A model generated the notes under the pieces. That model did no database searches and had not been told where the DNA came from. It saw only the letters and a list, made by a program, of their open reading frames with translations. Of a DNA stretch of 64,000 nt, positions 39,567 to 52,152 are shown piece after piece. Numbering within the stretch: the first letter of the stretch is position 1; every line of letters starts with the position of its first letter. The position numbers and the translations under genes are program-made. Source of the DNA: Adineta vaga (Eukaryota > Animalia > Rotifera). The DNA is taken from contig CP075494.1 of NCBI GenBank assembly GCA_021613535.1, positions 7,378,001 to 7,442,000 on the forward strand, in the 5' to 3' direction.

Positions 39567-40076
39567 AAAGAGAAAAATTATGTATTGTGAATTTTTTGTT
39601 GTTGTTTTTGTGTGCATATGTATAGATATATGTTTTCTTTCGTTTCTTTTATTATGATTATCAGATAAACAGTAACATTTATAAAAAATAAATCAAAGAT
39701 TTGTGATGTTTTATTCAAGAATATATTTGGTGTGTCAATAATGATTATTTTTCTGTTTTCATGAATTGAGATTTGCCTATCGGTGACCTCTTTCGATTCT
39801 TTTTTCATCTTTTCTCGTCGTATTCAATCGTCATAGTAAATTATCCGAACCAAATTTCGAAAATTGTACTTGAAAAGAAGTAAATAAATACTGAAAGTGC
39901 AAAAACAACATCTCCAAAGTCGATAATTCCATTACCCACATGAAAACAGAAATGAATTTTGGATTGCTTATCGTGAAAGAGAACACATTCTCACAGACAC
40001 ATCGATCAACATCGTTTTGTGTCTGAATTTTTCTTCTTTTCTTCTTATTTTTTGGGAGTTACAAAACGAGTCATTG

Positions 40077-43000
40077 ATGATGAAACATATACCCAGAAAA
40101 GTTAAAGATAAATATGAAATTCTTGGTGTAATTGGTGAAGGTAGGATATTTTGAAGATTTTGATATGGATTTTACATAATTATTCAGGTGCTTATGGAGT
40201 TGTACTCAAAGCTCAAGCAAAAGTATGATATTATAGAATAAAAAACAGCTAGAATCATTGTACTAACATTATTTAGGAGTCAGATCAAGTTGTAGCGATT
40301 AAATATTTCAAGCAAACGCCTGGTCTGCATGCTTGAGGTTTTTTGTATAAATATGTCTATTTTTTTGTATGTTTTAGGATATAATAGTGATAGTGATGTC
40401 ATTGAACGTGAATTGAAGATTCTTCAATCACTTCGATTTGAAAATGTTGTTGAATTAATTGAATGGTTTGGTGATAAGAAACGATGTTTTCTAATTTTTG
40501 AATATGTTGATTCGGTTTGTTTTTATACTTGAATTCTAATGAGAAATAAACATTTGGTTTTCAGAATATGTTAGCAGTTCTACAGGATCATCCGAAAGGT
40601 TTACCACTTGATGAAGTACGTCAATTATCATATCAACTATTTAGTGCTATACATTGGTGTCATACACATGATATTATTCATCGTGATATTAAGCCAGAAA
40701 ATTTACTTATTTCGAAAAATTTCATTTTGAAATTATGCGATTTTGGTTTTGCTAGATTTTGTAATACACAAACATCAGCTGATTATTATACGAATTATGT
40801 AAGAGATTAACAGAGCCGATGTAGATTTGTTTCTTTTTTGTCATACATAGGTTGCAACACGATGGTATCGATCACCGGAATTACTTATCGGGTAATGATC
40901 TCCTTCACACATATGAACTGAATAATAATAATCGAAAATTCGATTTAGTAAGATTCATTTTTCTATCATTTTAGGTCTGCTTATGGTAAGCCAGTTGATA
41001 TATGGGCATGTGGATGTAAGTAATGATATATACTTCTCGTTGTTTAAAGAAAAGTTGACCACCTTTTCCTTAGGTATTATGGCAGAGTTTGCAACTGGTC
41101 AGGCATTATTTGGTATAAATATATTTTTTTGTTTTGAGTTACATTATAGTTATAGTAAATATTTGTTTCAGCTGGTGAAAGTGATATTGATCAATTATAT
41201 CGTATACAAAAAAATTTAGGATCATTACCGATGAAATATTTGGAAGATATGATAAGAAATCCAAAATTTGAAGGCTTAAAGGTAGTTTGAAAAGATTTCT
41301 TATTCATTGAATTATTCTAAATTTTAGTTTCCTGTTATTAATCATATCGAACCTTTAGAATCTCAATTTAATCAAATATTTCCTGCAGATATGTTACATT
41401 TATTTAAAGTAATTAATACATACTTTAGTATCTTTCATATAATCTTGTTTTTTTATTTATCAAAAGAATACTTTAAAATTATGTGCAGCAGATCGTTTTA
41501 CAGCTGAACAATGTATTCAACATGATTCATTTTATTACTTAAATCAAAAGCGTTCTCAACTACGAACGTATTGATCTTACTAATCACTTTTAATTCATTT
41601 CTATATTCTCTATATTTAGAAAAACAGCTCTCAATATATCTCAATCTCAAAGCGATATACTTTCACAAGCTGAAAAACGTTTGAGTAGATCGTAAGAATA
41701 AAATTAAATCTATAAATATTTAATCTTCTTTATATATCTTTCAGATATGATGAGACCAATCTCATTCCTACGCGACAACGTTCTTCATCAACAAATAATA
41801 AGACTAATGTTGATGATAATTCTGATTTATCCTTTGCTTCAACATCGTTTACTGCTGAGAAACCAAATTATCGTAGTAGTAATGCATTACCGAATCGATC
41901 CGTATCATTTACACAACACCGACCTAAAATAATTCGAACACGAACAAAAACATATTCATCATTCAAAGATGAAGAAGATAAATCATCATTATTCGTTTCT
42001 GGACCATCGAATGATAATATCGAAGGTAATACAAATCTTTTACGAAAGACTTATCTTCAAAATCATCAATCTACATCATCCATTCGTGAACAATCATCTT
42101 CCACTTTAAGACATGCTTCAAATGAAGTTTTATTACGACCCAAATTACAACAACAAACTTTAACAAATCTGACTCAATCATTATCAAAAGATAGTACTAA
42201 ACGATTAAGTTTAGATCAATATCAATTAACATCCAATAATCCAAATCAAACAGATGAATCATATGTTTATCGATCATCCATGATTATTGTACCTGAACCA
42301 ACGCGAGAAGAACCAGTTAATGATAGCCATCTATCACTTTCAAAGGTAAACGAAATTTTATATAAAACGTTTACACGACATGGAATTTTTGTTTCTAGAT
42401 TCGTGAAAATAAACGAGATCTATTTCGTAGTCACTCTGTTCATCATCATTCATCATCGAATACAAAACCGAATTTTTCACGAACATCTTCACGACAAACT
42501 GTAATTATATAAATTTACGTTGTAATCTTTCAATCACTTTGTTTTTTAAGCGTTATCAAACAGTTTGTGACTTGGTCGATGATGTCGATACTGATTCTGC
42601 AGGTTTATCCTCAGTTCTCCTATAAATGGTTGCATAAATGTCTTAAATCTTGTATTTATATTTAGTTTCACTATCATATCAGGGCAATCGTAGTTTCGAA
42701 CAACAACCAAACAATATATATTCACGGTAAATACGGAGACATAGAGAACATTTTCATGAAAATTTTCGTTTTTATAGAAACTCCGAACAACGCCGACGTA
42801 TCTATGGTAGTGACAGTCATTTAACAAATTCAAGTGGATATAATTCATCGTTTAATCGATCATCTGTATGTTTTCATTAAGTAAAAAATCTTTATCAATC
42901 ATCGAAAACAATCTTCTACATAGCTTTCATCAATGAAAAATGATTATATTCATATTAATAAAAATACGGTCATTCCGCAACAGGTAAATCACTGATTCAA

Positions 43001-43318
43001 TTCTATGTTATAGTTATTCTCTCTAAAAATAAACAGGATTTAAATTCATCAATGAAATTATCAACAAAATCGAATTCAATTGTTCAACCAAAAACATCCA
43101 ATGAATCCAATCGAGTAAATAAAAACAATAGTTTTTATCTATTTTATAATTAATTCGATCCTTAATAGAGACAAGAATCCAATAATGGTATTTTTGGTGT
43201 TTATCCACTTGCTCGAACTGCAATGAAACATGTTACTAGTGCATTGCTATCATCTTCTCACTCTCGATCAACATCATTACGAAATTCAAATAGAAAATCT
43301 CAAACAGATGATGTTTAG
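40077..43318 (+). CDS. CDKL5: Cyclin-dependent kinase-like kinase, CDKL5-like, many small exons
   Basis: YEILGVIGEGAYGVVLK, VAIK, AIHWCH..DIIHRDIKPENLL, LKLCDFGFAR, YTNYVATRWYRSPELL, GESDIDQL, NPKFEGLKFP, then a long Ser-rich tail ending QTDDV*. The tail exon boundaries are less certain. Confidence 0.9.
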
Positions 43319-43474
43319 AAATAATCATTCATTTTGTATATTATATTGTATTATACATCAATCAACAATCGCTCTTCTAATCATCAGTAGTATATAGTAA
43401 TGGATTGATCGATAAAAAGCTAAATTTTCATTTATAGTAGATCTAGATTTGAAATAGCGATAACTGATATTCAT

Positions 43475-44542
43475 TTATTTGATTAAATCATTGAGTAAAT
43501 TTCGATAAGCTTTAGTTTCATTATTTAGATTATGATATTTCTTCACATATTTTTCTCCTTGTTCAATTAATAAATGTTTTAATTTTGTATTTCTATCCAA
43601 TTCTAAGATATATTCAGCTGCTTGTTCAGTTGTATCAAAAATCAAGCCTGTTTTTTCATGTTTAACAATACTAGTATTTCCAATATTTCGACGTGCAACT
43701 ACAGGTATACCTAATGTCATTGCTTCGAGTATTGCTAAACACATTCCTTCATTCAACGATGTATTTATATAAACAAACGAAGTTCGCATGAGTGTATGAA
43801 CAAAACTCTGTGATTGACCACCAAGTAAAGTCAAATTCGATGGCGAAGAAGAACGAATATGTTCAGTTAAGATTTGATCATTTTCATAACCAACAAGAAA
43901 TAGATGATATTCATTTTGATTTAAATATGATAGAATTTTGCAAGCAAATAATGGATCTTTCACTACACGAATTTCTCCAATCCAAAGAATCGTTTTTTTA
44001 TTTGTTATTAATGGTAATTGTTCGAAATTGAATGTTGTTAAACGAACAGTTTGTGGAATAATTGTTATTTTACAAGATAAAACATTTCTATATGTTATTT
44101 CAACATATTTTTTCCATTCACTACTAAAACAAACTACTCCACTTGCATACGGAATTATATATTCTAATGTTGAAATCCATTTCGATTCACATGAATGTAA
44201 TTCTGTACCAGCAAAAATAAGAATCAATGGTGGAAGATCACTTTGTTGATCTTTATAAATTGATTTTAGAACATTTCCTGCTCGATAAACATGTAAAGCT
44301 AGAATAGCTGCATATCGATGAATCGATGTTAAAATAGAATCAGATTCTGTTTGGGGAGTATCTGTCGATATACAATCAACAGTAAATTTTCCTGTCGATT
44401 CTAATTCATGAGTGATACGTGCAGCAGTTGCAGCATTACCACTACCAGAACGTAGTGAAGAAAGGAGAAGAATATGTTTAGATTGATTGAATGCTGGTTG
44501 AAATCGTCGAAATAAACTTGTTAATGAATATTTCGAGAACAT
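43475..44542 (-). CDS. GLT1D1: GT-B (GT4-like) glycosyltransferase, GLT1D1-like, single exon
   Basis: LR..SGNAATAARI, LALHVYRAG, IFAGTE, IPQ, IRVVKDPLF, NTSLNEGMCLAILEAM.LG.PVVAR.NIGN (E-x7-E motif). Confidence 0.85.
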   Translation of the reverse strand: MFSKYSLTSLFRRFQPAFNQSKHILLLSSLRSGSGNAATAARITHELESTGKFTVDCISTDTPQTESDSILTSIHRYAAILALHVYRAGNVLKSIYKDQQSDLPPLILIFAGTELHSCESKWISTLEYIIPYASGVVCFSSEWKKYVEITYRNVLSCKITIIPQTVRLTTFNFEQLPLITNKKTILWIGEIRVVKDPLFACKILSYLNQNEYHLFLVGYENDQILTEHIRSSSPSNLTLLGGQSQSFVHTLMRTSFVYINTSLNEGMCLAILEAMTLGIPVVARRNIGNTSIVKHEKTGLIFDTTEQAAEYILELDRNTKLKHLLIEQGEKYVKKYHNLNNETKAYRNLLNDLIK

Positions 44543-44757
44543 TTACTGTTAAGAAACGAATAAATGCGGGTATTTCTTGTAAATATAAGTATTCATTATT
44601 TTTATATTTGGTTTCAATTGTAATCGAAAGAGAAAAATGTAATTGTGTCATACATGTGTTTTTTTCTGGAAAGAAAAAGACATTTTTTCGAATTTTTCTT
44701 ATGTTTATTTCTTCACGTTGACGGTCGATAGAGAATAGAGGTATTATTTGTGAAATA

Positions 44758-46951
44758 ATGCAAAAAGTGATTGAATGTGTACCGAATTTTTCTGAAGGTC
44801 AACGGAAAGAAGTAGACGATCCATTTTTAAGGATTTAGTTACAAAATTTTCTTTTCATTTGAAGGTTATTGATGCAATTGCACGTGCGATTGCAAGTATA
44901 GAAGGAATATCTTTACTTGATATTGATCCAGGTATATCAACCAATCGAACAATTTATAGTAAAAAATCTAAACATTGATAAGTATAATATTTTGTATTTT
45001 TTCTAGCATTTGTGGGACATCCAGATGGAGTTATTGAAGCAGCACTTGCTGCTGCTCGAGTAGCACATAATCTTATTCATATGACAAAACATGTTGGTGA
45101 GCATCCTCGAATCGGTGTTCTAGTAAAGATGAGATTTTTAAAAGACAATACAATGTTTTATTCGTTGTAAAATGAAATTTTAGGATGTAGTACCATTTGT
45201 ACCTGTACGGAATGCGACAATGTTGGATTGTATTGCTATAGCACGTGAATTTGCAGATCGATTAGCATTAGAATTACACATTCCGGTTTATTTATATGGT
45301 GAAGCACAAGAAAAAGAATATCGAAAAGATTTAGCACAGATCCGTGAAGGAGAATATGAAGGACTACACAATAAAGTAGGAGAATAAAGATAGTTAACGA
45401 ACAACGCTGAAATTTGTTTATAGATTCAAAAGAAAGAATGGCAACCGGATTTCGGTAAGAATTTTATTGAATTAGAAAATTTTAGTTGTTTAAGTTTTGT
45501 AAACAAGGACCAAGTGAATTTGTTCCTTCATGGGGAGCTACGTGCGTCGGCGCAAGGAAGGTTTTGATTGCTTATAATATTAATTTATTTGGTACGAAAG
45601 AACAAGCACATCGTATTGCATTGAATATTCGTGAAGAAGGACGAAATACAAATGAAGTAAAACGAAATAAGAAAGAAGATCGAATTTTTTAGATCATTTC
45701 TGATATTATTTTAGCCTGGAAAATTAAAATGCGTTCGTGGTCTTGGTTCGTGGCGTCAAGAAAGTAATTTAGCACAAGTTTCATTGAATTTACTCGATTT
45801 TGACGTGACAAATATTCATACAGCTTATGAGCAATGTTTAAAAGAAGCTGAAATACTTAATCTTGGTATATGTGGTTCTCAAATCATCGGTATTGTACCT
45901 TTAGAATCTTTATTAATTGCTGCAGATTATTTCATTCAAAAAGAAAAGTTACTTATTCTTGAAGAAGATCAAAAGATTCGTTTAGTTATTCAACGATTAG
46001 GTTTAAATTCGATCACACCATTCAATCCCAAAGAACGCATTATCGAATATATCATTCGTGATCGTGAAGGGCAAGACAATAGTATAATTTCAATGGAATT
46101 AAAAGATTTAATTAAACACATTGGTGCACGAACTTTAATTCCCGGTGGTGGTTGTGTTACTTCACTTGTAGCAACATTCGGTACAGCACTGGGCACGATG
46201 TGTGCATCGTTAACTTATGGAATGAGAAAAGTACGAGTGATGAAATCAAAGATTTCCTTAATTATTTCTTTTAAAATATTTAGTGGGAATCATTAGAAAA
46301 CGAAATACGCGTAATTATTGTTCCATTACATACAGCTATGGGAACATTAATGAAAGCTTTAGATGAAGATACAGAGGCGTTTAATTCATATTTAATGGTA
46401 CAAAATATGTTGGAAACGACTGTGGAAGAAAAACGATTGTCAGTTGAGTTATAATTCTGTGAATTTAATCAACATGAAGTTTTATTTTAGTAAACGATTA
46501 ACAGAAAAACATTGTTTGCACAATTGTCTCGATATTTCACTTGGTGTAGCTCAACAAATCAATCAACTATGGGAATTATTAAGACGATTATCATTGATAT
46601 TTAATATACAAGCCAAAGCTGATTTTCTTGTATGAACAAAAAACCACTCAATTTGAAATCTTAAAATGAAAGTCCTTTCTCTTTAGGTTGGGATTAAATG
46701 TCTTGAAACAGCAGTCTATGGTGCCTGCAAACGTATCGAATTTTTATCTTCATCACTATCAGATAATAATAAGGATGATAGTGATTTACGAATAATGGTA
46801 ACTGTTAGGTTCTGTTTTTGATTAAATGTAAGTTTTTTGTTTTATTTAGACAATAGAAAATACTTATTTGGAAACATCGAAAAAATTACTCGACAATGCT
46901 CAGAAAGAAACACAAATTATTTTAGCATTAGTTGAAGAAAGAAATTCATAA
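44758..46951 (+). CDS. FTCD: Formimidoyltransferase-cyclodeaminase, multi-exon
   Basis: [91 protein letters not shown]. Ends EERNS*. Confidence 0.95.
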
Positions 46952-47019
46952 ATATGAAATGACTTTTCATATGTGAATAATCAAAAACGTTTGAAATTTT
47001 TTATTAAATCATCGTGTTT

Positions 47020-48052
47020 TTAAAAATCAAGAGGACGAACACGTACAATAAAATCGGATTTATTAATTTTGCCTGTACCTTTGACACTAAAATAAAAATT
47101 CTTGGAATCGGCTGGTACAAATGTTGTATATGTTTTTTTGCCATTAATAGCCGTTCGAGGTGTAATACTTCTTGATGTATATGATGTGGGCTTTTTGTTT
47201 TTAGTTGATGTATAGACTATAGCCTGGAATGAATGAAAGAAAAAAATGAATTCGAATATTTCAATGTAAGAACACACATACTTGTCCTTCACGATTATCA
47301 AATTCGATTTCAAAAAATGCGTTTTTCTTTACTGTGTGCATTTTAAAATATCGACTTGAATTGCTTGATACTTCAACGTTAACTTTGGTATTTGGTATAA
47401 CAAATGCAGGAAATTCACACATCCTTTCTGTAATTGCATTAGTAACACGAGCTAAATCAAGGTATGAATCAATATTCATTACATAATCCGAATCACCGGC
47501 TATTCCTAATAGTTCTGCATCACCATCTGGACCAATATTTCCAATACCAACAGCAAATATTGTTCCTTCAATTGGACTTGCACGTATTGCTTGAGCAACT
47601 GGAATCGGTGCTCTTCCGGTATTACTATGACCATCAGTAAATATTGCAAAAACTCTTGGAATAGCACGGTCGGTTTGCCGACATCGAGCTTCACAATAAG
47701 ATTTTGCTAAAGCTAAAGCTTCACCAGTCGCTGTATTTGTGGCTAATCGTGGTAGAGCAGCGATTTGTTGAAGTAATTCCGTTCGATCAAATTCATAAAC
47801 ATCAGTGATTGCACTAAGCGATACGTTTGTTGCAAAATTAAGAAGAGCGACACCAGCTTTCTCAACACCAACATTTAAACGACTAACAAGATCGAGTAAA
47901 GCATTTTTGCCTTGTTCAAAATGATCTTCAGGTACACTATTCGATGAATCAATAATCAACGTTAGATCAATAAAAGCTTCACATTGATTTGCACCGTGAA
48001 CATGACCAATGATAGTCAAAACATAAACGATCAATAAACTGATTGATAACAT
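47020..48052 (-). CDS. Secreted von Willebrand factor A domain protein, 2 exons: 48052-47282 and 47224-47020
   Basis: Signal peptide, MIDAS elements DSSNS, TATGEAL and FTDGHS, IFAVGIG, followed by a basic beta-rich C-terminal domain. Confidence 0.9.
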
Positions 48053-48682
48053 TATCGTTTGTATCGGAAAATATGCTTAGATCTAATCATTGTTTCATTG
48101 TCTTTTATACGATTAGAAGTGATATTGATACTTAACCTGTTTTTCTTTTTCGCAATCCCCATGCAATTAAAATGTATTTGATGACGTTTCAGATTATAGA
48201 TACCTATTTTCGGTTCCTTTTCTTTTATAATTTGAAAATGATACAATACCTACGCATACATTGGAGATAAATAAGATTGTCATGTTTCGTAGGAAGAAAA
48301 CACCTGAAGGATATTAGATTGATTTACTTCCGATGAGAGGAATTAAAATGGCTTTTTCTTCGTTTTTTTTTGTTGAGAAAAGTACATAATCATTTGTTAA
48401 AAGAATACCGAAGTTTGGCAGTTGTATTAAAGTATTTCATATTCTAGTTTTGATTGTATTGTTCATGTTCATGAATTCATTTTTTTTCTTCGTTAATTCA
48501 CATGAAAAAGAAATAAACCAACAAGACAACAAAGAAAAAAGAACCAAACGAAACAAAAATAGATGCTCAGAAGATTTAAGAAAGACCTTCTCATCAATCG
48601 GTCTATTTATAAAAAAAGAAACTGAATACGTAATTGAAATTGAGCAACCATATGTAAAAGTAAAACAAAAAACTTTATTTTT

Positions 48683-51600
48683 TCATTTTTCGAGATTCGT
48701 TTTATATCCACTGCCACTTCCATGTTTCCAATTTTCACTTGGATGAAGATGTACAATAGTCAAATTTGTCGTTGCAGTTAATTTTTTCGATGGAGTCGTT
48801 GGTCGTGTTCGACTTGTTGTTACTGATTGTCGTGGCGGTATATCAACACAAGTATCTTCGCAAATACTAACCGACTGAGCACGACGCATACCGACATTTT
48901 CGTGACTTGTCTAGACAAAAACACAAACCAAAAGACTGACAATACAACTAGTCTTTATATAGAATCTTACTAATCGTTGTACGACCGTATTCATTTTGGA
49001 CGATGAAGCAGAATTTTGTACTGTTCCTGGGATAGATTCACATCCGTCTTCTAATTGATAATTCCTAAATAGGAGAAGAAGAAGAAGAAAAAAAACAAGC
49101 GGAAATTGAAGTTTTGAGGATGAATTGATTAGGTACCTTGATGAAACTTGTTTTTGTTCATTGGATTTCAATGAGATTTTTGAAGCCACACTTGCTGATC
49201 GTAAACGTACACGAACATGTGGATCCATTTCATCTTCTTCATCACTTGGAATCATACCCGATAGTTCACATTGACGTTCTTGTAATTTAATCAATAATTC
49301 ACGAAATTCTCGTCGTAATTCTTCTAATTTTGTTGTAATAATTAAGCGTTGTGTTTGACTCGATGGATCAGTCGTATCAACGTTTTCGAATTGACTTTTC
49401 AATGAAAGTAATTCCTGTTGTAATGTTGACATTTTCGATTGAATCTATAAATTAACAAATCTTTATGTAATCAATTGTTTTTCGAATGATTTTACTTCTT
49501 CAATAGTTAAATCCTCGGACATATCGGATATACTACTGATACTTCTTTTGGGTAGCGGAAATTTTGGTGGTCGAGTTATACGACGAATTTCACCAGGAAT
49601 TCTTCGATGTGCAAGAAGGTCATAAACAAGATTCAACTAAAATAAATCAATCATCTAAATATACAAGATTATCTTCGTTTTTACTTGTTGATTAAAACAT
49701 TCAGTAAAAAATTGCGGATTAGGTACAAGATTTGAATCACAAATAACAGCAAGACGGATTTCATCAGCATAGGATGTGACACAAAAATTAATACTATGTG
49801 TTCCATTACTTGGATTAAGGCATATTAAACTTCGAACTTCTTGATTACATAAGGACATTGATGCTAATGCTGTACTGCTTCCAGCAGCTATTGATGTTAA
49901 CCATAAACTAGCATTATTATAAATACGAGACATCAATCGATTAGCTAAAACGAATACAATTAGTTAAAAGATTTACAAAAAAAAACGTTCTGTAATTTAC
50001 CAATACTAATAGGAAATAGAAGATAAGAAATATAATTAAATAAATACATGGTTGCATAATCAGCATTTTGTTTCATTCGTTTTGTATTATCATTAAATGA
50101 CCACAATGTTGGAATATTTCCCTCAATATGCATAGGTAATTTTAGTGATATATGTGCAAGATGATTTCCCATAGTAATATTCGGTGTATTAGACCGTAAA
50201 TCGCATGGTATGATACAATTAATATTTTCCGCATTAGCCAAACTGATATGAATAAAAAAGGAAAAAAAATTATTTCTTTGTTCAAGATGAAAAAAGATGC
50301 AAATAATTTGATCCACTTCAATAATTTTCAAATCAATATTCCCTAATGAAATCTTTCATTGAAATTCTTTATTGATCATTGTAAATTAGAATAAATCTCA
50401 ATGGATATAGGCATATCAAATGTCATCCAGGGCAATAGTATTTTTTTCCAAATAAAACGAGAGAGAGAGAGAGCGAGAGAGATAGAGAAAAACTAGACGT
50501 ATCAAAATTGCTCTTTTTTTCTTCTTCTAATGTTTTTTTTTGACATTGATCTATTAACATCATTTGCGTTTCTTTTTCAGTCAAATTCGACAACATCATT
50601 GTCATACAAATAATATGATTATTCAAAAGAAGAATTGTGAAAATCTCTGGAGAACAAAACTTTTGTTCGAAAAGATCAAAGCAAAAAAAGAAAAAGAGGT
50701 TAAATCTTACCCATGTGCTTCTAAATATAATTTAACACATGAAATAACAACAGTTGAAAGCAGATCATTCATACGCGTTCGTGTAACAAGTTTCATTCGA
50801 TTGGCTTGAGTTAAACTAAATGGTGTTGACCAAAGAACAATTCGTTGACGTTGATTTAAATTAATTATTACTGGCGGATTTGAAGAAACGATTCGCTTGA
50901 GAAAATTATCTCGTGATGAATTAAATAAAATTTTACTAAATAATAACATATGTCCAAATAAATACGCTTTGAAATAATCAAATATATGTTCACCATGACG
51001 ACCAGCAAAACGTGGTTTTAAATCAAGTTGAGTTGTACGATTATCAACGACATGTTTTAATAGAATACGTATCAATGAAATACCATCGGACAGAACAGGA
51101 TGATAGAGAAAAATAACTATACTATCATGTGGACGTATCGATGAACGATTTTTATAATAGATGTGCCATAATGGTCGAGTAAATGGTAATTCATTAGAGA
51201 CAAGTGTCGAAACATATGTTTGAAGTTCTTCATCATTTTGAATATTTCGTGGTATTTCATGAACATGTTCATCAATGGAAAATGCAGCATAATCCATCCA
51301 CATGGCACCAGAAAAATGTGAAAGAATTAATTGAGAAAAACGTGGAAATAATTTCTGTCCTGTTGTTGAACCACGTCGAGATGTATTTGTAATTATACGA
51401 TTGATCAGAAGTTTTTTCAATGCATTTTCATTGATCATTCCTAAAAACAATGAATTCATTCGAATAAAGAAACTAAATCAAATCAATTGCTTACCATCAA
51501 GAAAAAAAATAGCAGCTGCTGTTGGTGCATTTGGTTGAGAATTTAATTTAGTTGTTTCTTCATTTTTACTTCGATTGATAGATGTTTTACTATTATATAA

Positions 51601-52152
51601 CCAAAATAGATCACTCGCAGATAAATAATCACATGTACATGGTGTTACAGTACAATGGTATCGACAAGTTAATCGAATAAATGTTCGTAATAACAATGAG
51701 ATTGGTAAAATCAATGTAATCATTATGACACATGGAATTGAAACGAATATAATAAAAAAAAATTTTGATAGACGTTGAAGAAGTATAACAAAAGATGATC
51801 GATCAGCAGGATGTGTTATATGTTTAATAGGTATAGTTTTTATAAATGAAGGTTTTCCATGTTGATCATCAGCCATAGCTGATTGAATATAACCAGTTTT
51901 ATTACGATTTTGTATTTGATGTTGTTGATGTTGTTGTTGTGTACGAGGCATATCAACTGGTTCGACACGTTGCGGAGGAAAAACACTTGATGTAATTACT
52001 GATGGTTGTAGTGAAGGTGTAACAGGTGATGAACGATTAGGAATGACAGATATTTGATTGTCAAGATTAGATGATGTTTGATGATTAATGTCAAATGGAA
52101 CAGAACCTGAATTAGCCACGACTGGTTCAGCCCATCGACTGTCCACTTGCAT
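48683..52152 (-). CDS. Wax-ester synthase/DGAT (condensation-fold) homologue, about 8 exons, with a degenerate active-site motif
   Basis: N-terminal TM, LSASDLFW, FPRFSQ, W.....FSIDEHV, LPFTRPLWHIY, HPVLSDG, TRMNDLL, DLRS..MGNH..LKLP, SYADEIRLAV..D...VPNP, and a C-terminal coiled-coil extension. Confidence 0.85.
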
